A DNA stretch of 64,000 nt from an uncultured Pelagibacteraceae bacterium (GCA_902561765.1 CACEQR010000003.1:44833-108832), one strand, 5' to 3'. Positions 51,951 through 63,827 are shown, numbered from the stretch's first letter. Numbers and translations: made by a program. The notes: a model not told the origin generated them from the letters alone.

Positions 51951-52578
51951 CTATTTTTACCCCTTTGTTTCTTTCAGCCTCAACTAAATCAACCCCTTCA
52001 TTTCTTTCTCTAGAAATTTGCTTAATATAACTTTGCCTTTTTACTCCTGCTCTTTCTCTATATGTTAAAACAATTGCACCTATCATAGCAACTAACAGTA
52101 TCATTCCTGAAATTTGAAATAGCAGTATGTAATCCGTATATAAAACATTTCCAATAGATCTAGTATTTGTGACTTCAGTGGATATATTTATAGAAAGACT
52201 ATTTAATAAATCAGGTTTATATTTCCATCCTCCAATAACAATTATAAGCTCAAAAAAAATAATTAAGCTAACTAATAAACCAACTGGTATATGGGTTCCA
52301 CCATCCCACCTTGAGCTAAACCACTGACCTTTTTGTTCAGCTACGTTTAACATCATCACAACAAATAAAAATAAAACTGCAACAGCACCTACATAAACTA
52401 TCAGCATAATCATGCCTAAAAATTCTGCTCCTATCATAATAAACAAACAGGATATGCTAATGAAATCTAGTATTAAAAAAAATACAGAGTGAACTGTGTT
52501 TTTTGAAACTGTTACCATGACTGCAGAAACAATAGCTATTAAGGAAAAAATATAGAAGAAAACTGAGTGTGCAATCAT
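51943..52578 (-). CDS. nuoJ: NADH-quinone oxidoreductase subunit J
   Basis: [32 protein letters not shown]. Confidence 0.95.
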   Translation of the reverse strand: MIAHSVFFYIFSLIAIVSAVMVTVSKNTVHSVFFLILDFISISCLFIMIGAEFLGMIMLIVYVGAVAVLFLFVVMMLNVAEQKGQWFSSRWDGGTHIPVGLLVSLIIFFELIIVIGGWKYKPDLLNSLSINISTEVTNTRSIGNVLYTDYILLFQISGMILLVAMIGAIVLTYRERAGVKRQSYIKQISRERNEGVDLVEAERNKGVKIDV

Positions 52579-52582
52579 AAAG

Positions 52583-53068
52583 TTATCTGTGAGAACTATC
52601 GGCCTTAATATTGGCAGCTAGAATGTTTTCCCATCTATCTCCATTTTCCAAAAGTTTTTCTTTTGTATAATAAAGTTCTTCTCTAGTTTCTGTAGCAAAT
52701 TCAAAATTTGGACCCTGGACAATTGCATCAACTGGACAAGACTCCTCGCAAAGACCACAGTATATACACTTTAGCATGTCAATATCATATCTTACTGTTT
52801 TTCTACTACCATCATCTCTTTCCTTTGATTCAATTGTAATAGCTTGAGCTGGACATACTGCTTCACAAAGTTTACATGCTATGCATCTTTCTTCTCCGTT
52901 AGGATATCTTCTAAGAGCATGCTCCCCTCTAGACCTTGTCCCTAAAGATCCTTTTTCAAAAGGATAATTAATTGTTTTTTTTGATTTAAAAGTCTCTTTT
53001 ATTGCAATTAATAAACCAGTCACAAAATCAATCATGAATATAGTTTTTAATAGTCTCGAAATTTTCAT
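52583..53068 (-). CDS. nuoI: NADH-quinone oxidoreductase subunit I
   Basis: [12 protein letters not shown] and [12 protein letters not shown] 4Fe-4S motifs. Confidence 0.97.
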   Translation of the reverse strand: MKISRLLKTIFMIDFVTGLLIAIKETFKSKKTINYPFEKGSLGTRSRGEHALRRYPNGEERCIACKLCEAVCPAQAITIESKERDDGSRKTVRYDIDMLKCIYCGLCEESCPVDAIVQGPNFEFATETREELYYTKEKLLENGDRWENILAANIKADSSHR

Positions 53069-54070
53069 TTATTTTCCCGGTAGTAAATCAAAATATAGTA
53101 AAAAACTTGAAGTTAAAACAACATAAAATAAGGAAAACGGAAGAAATATCTTCCAACCAAGCTTCATTAATTGGTCATATCTGTATCTAGGAACAGTTGC
53201 TTTAACTAACGCAAACAGAATAAATAAAAATAATATTTTAAAGATTAACCAAAATGGACCTGGAATAGTATTAAATGGGAAGATATCTATTGGAGATAAC
53301 CAGCCACCCAAAAATAAAATTGACCCCATTGCGCACATTAACAAAATATTTGCATACTCTCCTAACCAAAACATAGCATACATCATTCCTGAGTATTCGG
53401 TTTGATATCCAGCCACCAATTCTGCTTCTGCCTCTGGCAAATCGAATGGAGGACGATTTGTTTCTGCTAGTGCAGAAATAAAAAAAATTACAAACATTGG
53501 AAATAAAGGAATTACAAACCATAAATTTTGTTGCGCCATAACAATGTCAGTTAAATTTAAAGAGCCAACACAAAGCAAAACATTAATTATAATTACCCCT
53601 ATTGAAACTTCATATGATACCATTTGTGCTGCTGATCTAATTGCCCCTAAAAATGGATATTTAGAATTTGAAGCCCATCCTCCCATAATTATTCCATAAA
53701 CACCTAATGAGGAAACGGCAAAAAGATATAAAATACCCACATTTATATCAGCTAATACAAAATTTTCTCCAAATGGAATTACCGCCCAAGATATCAAAGC
53801 TAAAGTCATGGTGACAACTGGAGCTAATATAAATACAATTTTGTTTGAACTTGCCGGTATTATTATTTCTTTAAAAATATATTTTAAGGCATCTGCTAAT
53901 GATTGAAATAAACCAAATGGACCAACAACATTTGGTCCTCTTCTTTTTTGGACAAAAGCCCAAACTCTTCTGTCAAGCCAAACTATCATTGCAACTGAAA
54001 CTAAAACAGGGATAAGAAGAAAAAATATTTTATAAATTTCAGTAAATAAAATTGAAAAATAAGAGCTCAT
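53069..54070 (-). CDS. nuoH: NADH-quinone oxidoreductase subunit H
   Basis: [37 protein letters not shown]. Confidence 0.97.
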   Translation of the reverse strand: MSSYFSILFTEIYKIFFLLIPVLVSVAMIVWLDRRVWAFVQKRRGPNVVGPFGLFQSLADALKYIFKEIIIPASSNKIVFILAPVVTMTLALISWAVIPFGENFVLADINVGILYLFAVSSLGVYGIIMGGWASNSKYPFLGAIRSAAQMVSYEVSIGVIIINVLLCVGSLNLTDIVMAQQNLWFVIPLFPMFVIFFISALAETNRPPFDLPEAEAELVAGYQTEYSGMMYAMFWLGEYANILLMCAMGSILFLGGWLSPIDIFPFNTIPGPFWLIFKILFLFILFALVKATVPRYRYDQLMKLGWKIFLPFSLFYVVLTSSFLLYFDLLPGK

Positions 54071-56097
54071 TATCCCTCTGTTCCAGTTTTTTCCATATTG
54101 GCTCTGGCATATCTACATTCTGACATTGTTTTTGATGCCCGAGCAATTGTATTAGAATAATAATAATCAATATCCTGAACTAATATTTTTTCATCTTTAA
54201 ATTTATATGATGGTACTGCAAAATTAATATTATTTTTAGTATTTAAATAGTCATGCATAGACTTAAGTAATTCTTCTTTATTATTAAATAAAGCATTTCC
54301 TTTTATTGCAGAAGATAATTCATTAATTATTTGCCAATCTTCTTTGGCTTCTCCTGGAGGATATGATGCCTTAAAAGCTTTTTGTAATTTTCCCTCTAAA
54401 TTTGTAAAATAACCATCTTGTTCTGTGTAGGCTGCACCAGGCAAAATTATATCTGCTATCTCAGCACCTCTATCACCATGACTACCAATATAAATTATAA
54501 ATTCATTATTCTTTTTAAATTTAAGATTATCTTGACCAATTAAAAAAATAATTTCTGAATCGTTATCTTGTATTTTCTTAAGTGTCTTATTGCTTCCATC
54601 GTTTGATGAAAAAATACCTAAATCGTGAGCACCAACATCTGAAGCATTTATTGGTAATATGTTAAGAGAATTCCAGTTATCATTAATTTTATTAATACTC
54701 TTTAGATACTTTTTTAATTCTTCAAATACATATGCACCATTGTTGCTATTTAAAATTGATTGACCTAAAATAATTATAGGTTTTTTTGAGCTGATTATTT
54801 TATCTGAAAGTTCATGCTCATTTTTGATTATTTTATTTATAACCTCTATATCATTTTCTAAAACTTTATAAGGGTATGTTAAATCTCCAATATTCTCTAA
54901 AGAAAATATTTCTGTTTTATTTTTTAAATAACTTTTTCTTATTCTTGAATTTAAAATAGTTGCCTCAAATCTAGGGTTTGTTCCTATTAATAATAATAGA
55001 TCAGTTTCTTCGACTCCCTCAATTGTAGAATTAAATATATAATTACATCTGTTTTCAAAATTTACATATGTATTTTCAGATCTAGAGTCTAGAAACTTAG
55101 AATTTAACGTTTTTTCAAACAATCTTTTACAAATAAACATAGTTTCCATATTTGTCATATCGCCTGTTAATCCAACAATTTTGTCTGGTGATGATTTTGA
55201 AATTTTTTCTAGGATTTTTTTATATACATTTTGCCAATTTATTTCTTCAAAGTTTCCATTATTTTTTATAAGCGGTTTATCTAATCTTTGATTTTTTAAA
55301 CCATCACAAGCATATCTTGTTTTATCAGAAATCCACTCCTCATTAATTTCCTCATTTATTCTAGGTAAAACTCTTTTTACTTCCCAATCGTATGTGTCTA
55401 CTCTTATATTAGATCCAACAGCATCCATTACATCTATCGTCTCTGTTTTTTTGAGCTCCCATGGTCTTGCCTCAAAAACGTAGGGTTTTGAAGTTAATGC
55501 TCCTACTGGGCATAGATCTATAACATTCGCTGACATTTCTGACTCCATAGATTTCTCTAAATACGTCGTTATTTCCATGTTTTCGCCACGTCCAATTGCA
55601 CCTAACTCTGGTACTCCTGCCACTTCGGTGGCAAATCTGATACATCTGGTACAATGAATACACCTTGTCATTTGAGTTTTAATTAATGGTCCCATATATT
55701 TTTCTGGTACATATCTTTTATTCTCTTTAAATCTTGATTTATCAATTCCATAAAACATTGATTGATCTTGTAAATCACACTCACCACCTTGATCACATAC
55801 TGGACAATCTAGTGGATGGTTAGCTAGTAAAAATTCCATCACACCTTTTCTTGCTTTCTCAACCTTTTCTGTATTTGTTTTGATAATCATTCCCTCGGCT
55901 GCGGGCATTGCGCATGATGCTATTGGTTTTGGGGATTTTTCCATTTCAACCAAACACATACGACAATTTCCAGCTATAGAAAGTTTTTCGTGATAACAAA
56001 ATCTTGGTATTTCTGCTCCTGCCTGCTCACAAGCTTGAAGTACGGTTAAACCGTCTTCAACTTCAATATCAATATCATTTACTTTTAGTTTAGGCAT
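54070..56097 (-). CDS. nuoG: NADH-quinone oxidoreductase subunit G
   Basis: [34 protein letters not shown]. Confidence 0.97.
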   Translation of the reverse strand: MPKLKVNDIDIEVEDGLTVLQACEQAGAEIPRFCYHEKLSIAGNCRMCLVEMEKSPKPIASCAMPAAEGMIIKTNTEKVEKARKGVMEFLLANHPLDCPVCDQGGECDLQDQSMFYGIDKSRFKENKRYVPEKYMGPLIKTQMTRCIHCTRCIRFATEVAGVPELGAIGRGENMEITTYLEKSMESEMSANVIDLCPVGALTSKPYVFEARPWELKKTETIDVMDAVGSNIRVDTYDWEVKRVLPRINEEINEEWISDKTRYACDGLKNQRLDKPLIKNNGNFEEINWQNVYKKILEKISKSSPDKIVGLTGDMTNMETMFICKRLFEKTLNSKFLDSRSENTYVNFENRCNYIFNSTIEGVEETDLLLLIGTNPRFEATILNSRIRKSYLKNKTEIFSLENIGDLTYPYKVLENDIEVINKIIKNEHELSDKIISSKKPIIILGQSILNSNNGAYVFEELKKYLKSINKINDNWNSLNILPINASDVGAHDLGIFSSNDGSNKTLKKIQDNDSEIIFLIGQDNLKFKKNNEFIIYIGSHGDRGAEIADIILPGAAYTEQDGYFTNLEGKLQKAFKASYPPGEAKEDWQIINELSSAIKGNALFNNKEELLKSMHDYLNTKNNINFAVPSYKFKDEKILVQDIDYYYSNTIARASKTMSECRYARANMEKTGTEG

Positions 56098-57421
56098 TTT
56101 CTTTTTCTAATAAGTGTTGATCTACCAAATATGGAATGTTTTTTTGTTTTTTGACCACAGGATCAAATTTATTTCTTTCAAGTATTTCTTCTTTAAAATG
56201 TCTGATTAATCCTTGAACAGGCCAAGATGAACCTTCTCCAAAAGCACATATCGTATGGCCTTCTATTTGTTTGGTTACATCAAATAGCATATCTACTTCA
56301 TCTGGTGTTGCATCACCAGCTGCCATTCTTTCTAACATTCTCCACATCCATCCTGATCCTTCTCTACATGGTGTACATTGACCACAACTTTCATGTTTGT
56401 AAAATCTAGCTATTCTTGCCATACACTTTATAATATCTTGATCATTATTGATAACCACTATTCCAGCTGTTCCTAATCCTGTTTTGTTTTCAACACATGC
56501 ATCAAAATCCATTTTCATGTTGTCGCAAATTTCTTTTGGCAACATTGGCATTGAAGAGCCGCCTGGTATTACAGCTTTAAGATTTTCCCATCCACCAACA
56601 ACACCTCCTGCATGAGTCTCTATCAAGTCTTTAAGTGGAATTCCCATTTCCTCCTCCACATTACATGGATTATTAACATTTCCAGAAATACAATAAATTT
56701 TTGTACCAGTATTTTTAGGCCTTCCTAGAGAGCTAAACCATTTTGCACCTCTTCTTAAAATTGTAGGAACAGCCGCAACAGTTTCAACATTATTAATAAT
56801 TGTGGGGCATCCATATAATCCGATTAAAGCAGGAAATGGTGGTTTTAATCTTGGTTGTCCTTTTTTACCTTCTAAACTCTCAAGAAGAGCTGTTTCTTCT
56901 CCACAAATATATGCTCCGGCTCCATAATGAATATAAATATCTAAATCCCATCCTGAATTTAATGAATTCTTACCTATTAAATTATTTTTATATGCTTCAT
57001 CAATTGCAACCTGAAGTTTTTGTCCTTCATTAAAATATTCACCTCTTATGTAAATATAGCATTTGTGAGCATTTACTGCATACGAGGCAATTAAACATCC
57101 CTCTATTAGTTTGTGAGGTTCAAACCTTAAAATATCTCTGTCTTTACAAGTTCCAGGCTCTGATTCATCTGCATTAATAACTAAATAATGCGGCCTAGAT
57201 CCTACCTCTTTGGGTGCAAATGACCATTTTAGACCTGTAGGAAAACCGGCTCCTCCTCTTCCTCTGAGTTCAGAGGATTTTACTTCATTAATAATCCATT
57301 CTCGACCTTTTTCTAAAATTTCTTTAGTACCCTTCCAATCATTTCTCAATTTTGCAGATTCATAATCTGCGCCACTGTCATTATATAAATTTTGAAATAT
57401 TCTATCCTCGTCTTTAAGCAT
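56090..57421 (-). CDS. nuoF: NADH-quinone oxidoreductase subunit F
   Basis: [39 protein letters not shown]. Confidence 0.97.
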   Translation of the reverse strand: MLKDEDRIFQNLYNDSGADYESAKLRNDWKGTKEILEKGREWIINEVKSSELRGRGGAGFPTGLKWSFAPKEVGSRPHYLVINADESEPGTCKDRDILRFEPHKLIEGCLIASYAVNAHKCYIYIRGEYFNEGQKLQVAIDEAYKNNLIGKNSLNSGWDLDIYIHYGAGAYICGEETALLESLEGKKGQPRLKPPFPALIGLYGCPTIINNVETVAAVPTILRRGAKWFSSLGRPKNTGTKIYCISGNVNNPCNVEEEMGIPLKDLIETHAGGVVGGWENLKAVIPGGSSMPMLPKEICDNMKMDFDACVENKTGLGTAGIVVINNDQDIIKCMARIARFYKHESCGQCTPCREGSGWMWRMLERMAAGDATPDEVDMLFDVTKQIEGHTICAFGEGSSWPVQGLIRHFKEEILERNKFDPVVKKQKNIPYLVDQHLLEKENA

Positions 57422-58022
57422 TTTTATTTCCTAATAAAGTTTTTCGATTATTCACTGGTTCTGCATTTATTCTTCCAGTGTAAGATCCTGATTTTGGAAT
57501 TTTATTTTGGTATATTTTATCAATTATTTCTTCAAGTTTTTTATCATTTAAGTCCTCATAATAATCTTCATTAACTTGCATCATTGGGGCATTAACACAA
57601 GCACCTAAACATTCAACCTCCATCCAAGAGATTTTACCATCCTCAGACAATGTATTTTCTTTTTCAGATATTTTTTTTTTACAAATTTTAACTAGATCAT
57701 ACGCACCTCGCAACATACAAGGTGTTGTTGTACATACTTGAAAAAAATATTTTCCAACAGGAGATAAATTATACATTGAATAAAATGTTGCTACCTCATA
57801 AACTTTTATATATGGCATATCTAAAAATTTAGCGATGTATTTCATTGCTTGCAATGGTATCCAGTTGTCATTTTGTCTTTGAGCAATATATAATAAAGCC
57901 ATAACTGCACTCTGTTGTTTTCCATCTGGATAATTAGAAATTATTTTTTTGGCTTCTTTCAAGCTTTTTTCATTAAACTCAAATGTATCTGGTTGGTCTT
58001 TATGAATTTTTTTTATACTCAT
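57414..58022 (-). CDS. nuoE: NADH-quinone oxidoreductase subunit E
   Basis: [20 protein letters not shown]. Confidence 0.96.
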   Translation of the reverse strand: MSIKKIHKDQPDTFEFNEKSLKEAKKIISNYPDGKQQSAVMALLYIAQRQNDNWIPLQAMKYIAKFLDMPYIKVYEVATFYSMYNLSPVGKYFFQVCTTTPCMLRGAYDLVKICKKKISEKENTLSEDGKISWMEVECLGACVNAPMMQVNEDYYEDLNDKKLEEIIDKIYQNKIPKSGSYTGRINAEPVNNRKTLLGNKNA

Positions 58023-59194
58023 CTATCTACTTCTCCAAAAACTATATCCATTGAACCTAAAACTGCAGGCACATCTGCTAACATATGACCTTTAATTAAA
58101 TAATCCATTGCTTGAAGATGAGTAAATCCAGGAGCTCTAATCTTACATTTATAGGGTTTACTTGAACCATCTGAAATTAAATAAACACCAAATTCACCTT
58201 TTGGCGCTTCTACAGCCGTATAAATTTCGTCTTTCTCAACTCTGTATCCCTCAGTAAAAAGCTTAAAATGATGTATTAAAGCTTCCATTGATTGTTTTAT
58301 ATCTTTCTTTGGTGGTGGTGAAATTTTTCCATCGTCAGTTTTAATTGGTCCCTTTGGAAGATTTTGTAAACATTGTTTAATAATTTTTACACTTTCTTTC
58401 ATTTCTTCAATTCTACAAAGATATCTATCATAACAATCTCCATTTTTTCCAATAGGTATTTTAAAATCTAAATCATCATAGCAATCGTATGGTTGACTTC
58501 TCCTTAGATCCCAGGCAACTCCAGAGCCTCTCAACATTACACCAGAAAATGAATAATCTAATGCATCTTGTTTTGATACTATCCCAATATCTACATTCCT
58601 CTGTTTAAAAATCCTATTATCAGTTAACAAAGTTTCTAAATCATCAATAATTTTTGGAAATTTATTACAAAATTCATCAATATCACTTTCAAGTCCCTTG
58701 GGAAGATCTTTGTGTACTCCACCAGCTCTAAAATAATTTGCATGAAGTCTTGAGCCTGAAACTCTTTCGTAAAATCCCATTAACTTTTCTCTTTCTTCAA
58801 ATCCCCACAAAGTAGGTGTTAAAGCTCCTACGTCCATTGCTTGAGTAGTTATATTTAGTATGTGACTTAATATTCTTCCTATTTCGCAGAAAATTACTCT
58901 TATATACTTAGCTCGACTAGGAACTTCAATTTTAAGAATTTTTTCAATTGCTAAAGCGAATGCATGTTCTTGATTCATTGGTGCAACATAATCAAGGCGG
59001 TCAAAATATGGAATTGCTTGAACATAAGTTTTGTTTTCAATTAATTTTTCTGTTCCACGATGTAGGAGTCCAATATGAGGATCAGCTTTTTCAACAACTT
59101 CTCCATCTAATTGAAGTATTAACCTCAATACACCGTGAGCTGCTGGATGTTGTGGACCAAAATTTAAATTTAATGTTTTTTTTTCTTTAGGCAT
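58019..59194 (-). CDS. nuoD: NADH-quinone oxidoreductase subunit D
   Basis: [27 protein letters not shown]-terminal GEVDR. Start moved to ATG 59194 (MPKEKK). Confidence 0.96.
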   Translation of the reverse strand: MPKEKKTLNLNFGPQHPAAHGVLRLILQLDGEVVEKADPHIGLLHRGTEKLIENKTYVQAIPYFDRLDYVAPMNQEHAFALAIEKILKIEVPSRAKYIRVIFCEIGRILSHILNITTQAMDVGALTPTLWGFEEREKLMGFYERVSGSRLHANYFRAGGVHKDLPKGLESDIDEFCNKFPKIIDDLETLLTDNRIFKQRNVDIGIVSKQDALDYSFSGVMLRGSGVAWDLRRSQPYDCYDDLDFKIPIGKNGDCYDRYLCRIEEMKESVKIIKQCLQNLPKGPIKTDDGKISPPPKKDIKQSMEALIHHFKLFTEGYRVEKDEIYTAVEAPKGEFGVYLISDGSSKPYKCKIRAPGFTHLQAMDYLIKGHMLADVPAVLGSMDIVFGEVDR

Positions 59195-59783
59195 CGTTTT
59201 TTTTAATTTCTTTAATATATTTAGTTCCTTCCCAGGGACTTTCGTAATCAAAATTTCTATAATTTTGTTCTAATTTTACTGGTTCATATATAACCTTCTT
59301 AAATTCCTCGCTGTATCGAACTTCATTATGACCAGTTAAAGGAAAATCTTTTCTCAAAGGATGTCCTTCAAAACCATAATCAGTTAAAATTCTTCTTAAA
59401 TCAGGATGATTTTTAAAATTTAAACCATACATATCAAAAACTTCTCTCTCCATCCAATTTGCTGACGGAAATATTGATGTTAAAGAATGAATAATATCGG
59501 TTTCTTTAATTGTGTAATCAATTATTATTCTTTTATTGTGCTCATGACTTAAAAGAAGGTAAACCATCTTAAATCTATTTTCTTTTTCCGGGTAATCTAC
59601 TGCAGTGATTTCAATCAATTGCCTAAATTTAGTTTGATTGTTAGTTTTCAAAAATGAAATTACATCTATCAACTCTTCATGATCTATACTTAAATAAATG
59701 TTATCATGCTTAATAAAAGAGTTATTAATTTTGGAAGTTAGTTCAGAATTAATAAATTTTTCCAGGTCCTTAAGATTTTTCAT
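59187..59783 (-). CDS. nuoC: NADH-quinone oxidoreductase subunit C
   Basis: [34 protein letters not shown]. Confidence 0.96.
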   Translation of the reverse strand: MKNLKDLEKFINSELTSKINNSFIKHDNIYLSIDHEELIDVISFLKTNNQTKFRQLIEITAVDYPEKENRFKMVYLLLSHEHNKRIIIDYTIKETDIIHSLTSIFPSANWMEREVFDMYGLNFKNHPDLRRILTDYGFEGHPLRKDFPLTGHNEVRYSEEFKKVIYEPVKLEQNYRNFDYESPWEGTKYIKEIKKNDA

Positions 59784-59786
59784 TTT

Positions 59787-60308
59787 TTATCTTTCTAAAG
59801 AGCCTTTATTTCTTATTTTTTTCTGTAATTGTAAAATACCATACAATAATGCTTCAGCTGACGGAGGACATCCCGGTACATATACATCTACTGGTACTAC
59901 ACGATCACATCCTCTGACTACAGAATATGAATAATGATAATATCCACCACCATTTGCACAGCTTCCCATAGATATTACATATCTAGGTTCAGGCATTTGA
60001 TCATAGACTTTTCTCAACGCTGGTGCCATTTTATTTGTTAAAGTTCCAGCAACTATCATAACATCTGATTGACGAGGTGATGCTCTCGGTGCAGCACCAA
60101 ACCTTTCAAGATCATATCGTGGCATAGATGTTTGCATCATTTCAACAGCACAACAAGCTAATCCAAACGTCATCCAATGTAACGAGCCTGTTCTTGCCCA
60201 GTTAACAAGATTGTCTAATGAGGTTGTTATAAACCCATTATCACTGAAGTCTTGTGCTAATTGCTTAAACTCATCTGGAATATCTTTTTTTCTATCTTCT
60301 AAATTCAT
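59787..60308 (-). CDS. nuoB: NADH-quinone oxidoreductase subunit B
   Basis: [21 protein letters not shown]. Confidence 0.97.
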   Translation of the reverse strand: MNLEDRKKDIPDEFKQLAQDFSDNGFITTSLDNLVNWARTGSLHWMTFGLACCAVEMMQTSMPRYDLERFGAAPRASPRQSDVMIVAGTLTNKMAPALRKVYDQMPEPRYVISMGSCANGGGYYHYSYSVVRGCDRVVPVDVYVPGCPPSAEALLYGILQLQKKIRNKGSLER

Positions 60309-60309
60309 G

Positions 60310-60678
60310 TTATTCCCAATCTAGTGCTCCTTTTTTCCATTCATAAATAAATCCAACTGTTAAAATAAATAAAAAAATCATCATAGAACAAAAACCAAAT
60401 AAACCAATTTGACCAAGTGATATTGCCCATGGGAACAAGAACGCAATTTCTAGATCAAATATTATAAATAATATTGCTACTAAATAAAATCTTACATCAA
60501 ATTCCATCCTTGAGTCATTGAAAGGCTCAAAGCCGCATTCGTAAGCAGAGAGCTTTTCAGGGTCAGGTTTTTTTGGCGCCGCTATATAGTTGACTGCAAC
60601 AAATACTAAACTCAAACCTAGAGCTATTATTAAAAACAATATAATCGGCAAATAATCTTTTAAAAATTCCGCAAGCAT
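60310..60678 (-). CDS. nuoA: NADH-quinone oxidoreductase subunit A
   Basis: [22 protein letters not shown]. Start moved to ATG 60678, which has SD AGGA upstream. Confidence 0.96.
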   Translation of the reverse strand: MLAEFLKDYLPIILFLIIALGLSLVFVAVNYIAAPKKPDPEKLSAYECGFEPFNDSRMEFDVRFYLVAILFIIFDLEIAFLFPWAISLGQIGLFGFCSMMIFLFILTVGFIYEWKKGALDWE

Positions 60679-60698
60679 TTGATTCCTATGTAACAACT

Positions 60699-60707
60699 AT
60701 TATATCA
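60699..60707 (-). promoter_or_regulatory. Putative extended -10 promoter of the nuo operon
   Basis: Minus strand TGATATAAT (TGn-TATAAT), 20 nt upstream of the nuoA ATG. Confidence 0.55.
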
Positions 60708-60757
60708 ACTAAAAGTGGAGATATGTCACATTTTTAAGCCCTGTTTTACTCAGATTA

Positions 60758-60834
60758 TGGCGGGAGTGAAGGGACTCGAACCCTCGGCCCCCTGCGTGAC
60801 AGGCAGGTGCTCTAACCAACTGAGCTACACCCCC
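60758..60834 (-). tRNA. tRNA-Asp(GTC)
   Basis: GGGGGTG/CACTCCC acceptor, anticodon arm CCTGC-CTGTCAC-GCAGG, G discriminator, encoded CCA. Confidence 0.97.
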
Positions 60835-60957
60835 CGCTATAATAGTATTTTCTAATATGGATTGAGCTTTTTTATGCGCTGCCACCACAAGTAAAAAATA
60901 TTCTCGCTATTAGTAATGAGATATATAATTTAATCAAGCATTATTATTTTTGATTAA

Positions 60958-61671
60958 ATGAAGAAAAATTTAAAAATAGAGGAATTGTCAATAATTATAC
61001 CAATATATAACGAAGCAAAAAATATAAAAAGACTGAGTTTAGAAATAAAAAAGAATTTAAAAATTAAAAAGTTTGAAATAATTTTCGTGGACGATGACTC
61101 TAAAGATAATACTATCAAAATACTTAGAGAAGTTTATAAAAAAGATAAAAAAGTAAGATTTTTGATTAGAAAAAATAAAATTAAAGACTTATCAAAATCC
61201 TGTATCTTAGGTTTTAATAATTCAAAATATAATAATATCTTGGTTATGGATGGTGATTTTCAACACGATCCAAAATATATAAAAAGATTTATTTACAAAT
61301 ATAATACAACATTAAGCGACATAGTTGTTGGATGTAGAAACTTTTCATACAAAAAAAATAAAGGATTAAGTTTTTTAAGAACATTTGCATCTCTCTTTCT
61401 TATATCTTTTATTAATATTTTTCTTGGCAAAAAAACATCAGATCCATTATCTGGTTTTTTCTTGTTTAAAAAAGAATTATTTGTCAAATCCAAAAAAAAA
61501 ATTTATGGTAAAGGATTTAAAATTTTAGCAGATATTATCTATAATAACCATAATATTAATATTAGTGATGTAAAAATTAATTTTAAAAAAAGACTGTATG
61601 GTAAAAGTAAAATTAATCTTAAAATATTATTTTATCTATTAATCTTTATAATCGGAAAGTTCAAATTGTGA
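60958..61671 (+). CDS. GT2 glycosyltransferase, DPM1/Ppm1-like polyprenol-phosphate sugar synthase
   Basis: SIIIPIYNE, FVDDDSKD, VMDGDFQHDP, DIVVGCR, SDPLSGFF, GFKIL, R..GKSK. Confidence 0.85.
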   Translation: MKKNLKIEELSIIIPIYNEAKNIKRLSLEIKKNLKIKKFEIIFVDDDSKDNTIKILREVYKKDKKVRFLIRKNKIKDLSKSCILGFNNSKYNNILVMDGDFQHDPKYIKRFIYKYNTTLSDIVVGCRNFSYKKNKGLSFLRTFASLFLISFINIFLGKKTSDPLSGFFLFKKELFVKSKKKIYGKGFKILADIIYNNHNINISDVKINFKKRLYGKSKINLKILFYLLIFIIGKFKL

Positions 61672-62843
61672 AAAACTACACTTTAAATCTTTATTTAAAA
61701 ATTTATTTAATAATTTTATATTTATTTGCAGTATTCTTTTTCTTTCAAAAATATAATAATTATGTTGAATGGACAATTTCTGAATGGCTTATTAATTATC
61801 AAGGAGGTTTTACAAGAAGAGGTTTAATTGGTGAAATTGTATTTCAAATTAGTAAACTTTCTTCCCTAACAATAAGAGAGACAATATTAACTTTTCAAAT
61901 TACAACTTATCTAGTTTATTTTTACTTACTTTATAAATTTTTAAAAGATACAAACAGTAACATTTTATTTATTTTTGCGATCTTTTCACCACTCTTTGTT
62001 ATTTATCCTATTGCAGAAGTTGAGGTACTTGGAAGAAAAGAAATTTTTATTTATGTTTCATTTCTGCTTGTTGTAAATATTTTTTCTATAAAAAATATTC
62101 AAAATAGACATTATTTTTATTTTTCAATCATATTAATGATATCATGTCTTATTTGGGAAGGTTTTGTAATTTATATTTCTTATTTTATATTTATTTTAAT
62201 TTTAAAAAATAACCTTCTCTTCAATAGAAGTTTTTTAACAAAATTAACAATAAGTTTAATACCTTTATTAATCTCTTTTTATTTTGTTTTTTTTTACCGT
62301 TTAGATGAAAATGGGCTAAAAATGATGTGTCAAAGTATTAATGAATGCTATGGTGCTATAAGTTATTTAAACAGAAGTTTATCTAGTAATATAAGTGAGG
62401 TGACTTCAAAATTTCAGATTTCATTTTTAATAAGATATATACTAATTATACTTATAGGTTTTTTTCCTCTCTTTTTATTAATTAAAAATTCAAAATTTAA
62501 TTATAAGCAAAAGTTTAAAAACGATTATTTATATTTAATATTTTTTATCATTATATTTACACCTTCACTATTTTTTTATTATATTGCTCAAGATTGGGGT
62601 AGATGGGTCAGTATATCTTATACTTTAAGCTTATTAACTTATGTTTATTCTTTAAAAAATAATTTTGTTGTTCTTAATTTTAATCGAATTAATTATTTAA
62701 TATTTCGAAAAAAATTTGTTGTTATTTTTTTATTTATAATATTTGCATTTGGTTGGACACCGAAAACATTAATAAGTGATGATGTTGGTTCAATACCAAT
62801 TTATAGAAAGAGTTTAGAAATTATACAAAGCATTATCAGATAA
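61668..62843 (+). CDS. Polytopic membrane protein, putative GT-C-type glycosyltransferase
   Basis: About ten hydrophobic segments; polar loop after TM1 (EWTISEWLINYQGGFTRRGLIGE), later GRKE and QDWGRW; GTGA overlap with the GT2 stop. The function is inferred. Confidence 0.55.
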   Translation: MKNYTLNLYLKIYLIILYLFAVFFFFQKYNNYVEWTISEWLINYQGGFTRRGLIGEIVFQISKLSSLTIRETILTFQITTYLVYFYLLYKFLKDTNSNILFIFAIFSPLFVIYPIAEVEVLGRKEIFIYVSFLLVVNIFSIKNIQNRHYFYFSIILMISCLIWEGFVIYISYFIFILILKNNLLFNRSFLTKLTISLIPLLISFYFVFFYRLDENGLKMMCQSINECYGAISYLNRSLSSNISEVTSKFQISFLIRYILIILIGFFPLFLLIKNSKFNYKQKFKNDYLYLIFFIIIFTPSLFFYYIAQDWGRWVSISYTLSLLTYVYSLKNNFVVLNFNRINYLIFRKKFVVIFLFIIFAFGWTPKTLISDDVGSIPIYRKSLEIIQSIIR

Positions 62844-62919
62844 TGGTGGGCGGTAAAGGACTCGAACCTTTGACCCCCTCGGTGTAAACGAGATGCTCTA
62901 CCAACTGAGCTAACCGCCC
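62844..62919 (-). tRNA. tRNA-Val(TAC)
   Basis: GGGCGGT/ACCGCCC acceptor, anticodon arm TCTCG-TTTACAC-CGAGG, A discriminator, encoded CCA. Confidence 0.97.
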
Positions 62920-63068
62920 AAAATATGCTATTTAATACATTAACACTTAATCAAAGTAAATTAATAATTACATAATACTATTCTTATGAAATATTACCTT
63001 TTTGAGATTTTTAATTAAATTATTATTTTTAAATCAAATAGCTACTTTAAAAACTTTGAATAATATTT

Positions 63069-63758
63069 TTAAATACTTTTGTTTTTTTTTTCTAAAGTAA
63101 ACTTATCATCAATCTTAAATTTTATATCAGTAAATGCCTCAATTTTATTTAATTCATCAATAGTATTTGTAATTAAATTTTCGAAATGTATAACTATAGA
63201 ATTTGGTTCATTTATCCAACCTAATTTCCATTTATCTAGTTCTTTTTTTAAGCCTGGCTCTAGTTCATTAAAATAACCAGATGTAATATTTTTATATTTT
63301 TTTAATATGCCCTCGGTATTTCTGACAAGAATAATTTTTTTAAAATCTTTAAGATATAGTTTATTAAATTCCGTTGGAGGGAAATGTTGTTTGCATATAA
63401 TTTTTGAATTTAGTTTAAGAAAATCACAAAATTTATGATATAGATGTATATCGAAATCACAAATATCTGAATGATGTTGTCTTAAGTATTTGTATTCAGT
63501 AGTAGGATTAGTATTTCTTAATTTATTAATAACTAAATTAGAGAAGAATTTATAAAATAGATATTTATGTAAATTGTTAAAAAAATTTACAAATTTTAAC
63601 TTCATTAAATTTTTTAATGCAGATCGTAAAAAACTATTATTATGATCCATATGTTCATAATTAACTATTTGTATACATTTATAATTAGAATGTTTATTAA
63701 TAACACTCATCAAACTAGTTGAAGCAGAACCGGGACAAGCTATTATTATTTGTTTCAT
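63069..63758 (-). CDS. Sulfotransferase-like protein (degenerate motifs)
   Basis: N-terminal IIIACPGSASTSL (5'-PSB-loop-like), KQH, KIILVRN (3'-PB-like) and IHFENL occur in the order typical of PAPS-dependent sulfotransferases. Confidence 0.55.
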   Translation of the reverse strand: MKQIIIACPGSASTSLMSVINKHSNYKCIQIVNYEHMDHNNSFLRSALKNLMKLKFVNFFNNLHKYLFYKFFSNLVINKLRNTNPTTEYKYLRQHHSDICDFDIHLYHKFCDFLKLNSKIICKQHFPPTEFNKLYLKDFKKIILVRNTEGILKKYKNITSGYFNELEPGLKKELDKWKLGWINEPNSIVIHFENLITNTIDELNKIEAFTDIKFKIDDKFTLEKKNKSI

Positions 63759-63827
63759 TTTAATACAAAAATATTTTATCTACACTTTATAATATATTTA
63801 AATTTTTATCTTATCTAAACTTATAAA

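Noticed and set aside
60878-60890. GCCACCA as an att-site remnant of tRNA-Val; the 10-mer GCCACCACAA also occurs in the rpsB leader (37161-37170)
   Set aside because: Only about 6 nt match the tRNA end, and in inverted rather than direct orientation. The 10-mer match has no supporting flanking structure.
61492-61501. A10 tract in the GT2 gene as a phase-variation switch
   Set aside because: Equal or longer tracts occur in core genes (A10 in trpE near 19768 and 20177, T11 near 29625 in lpxD). This is expected from AT bias and the frame is intact.
1009-63276. Many short ORFs in the track that are antisense to, or nested in, long genes (e.g. 1009-1323, 5315-5650, 15644-16024, 18064-18459, 23089-23382, 36022-36354, 53271-53522)
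   Set aside because: They overlap well-supported conserved genes, have no recognisable motifs, and show shadow-ORF composition
60835-63827. Prophage or integrative element at the tRNAs
   Set aside because: No integrase, phage genes or direct repeats. Low GC is not diagnostic, because core genes such as uppS and lpxI look similarly AT-rich.
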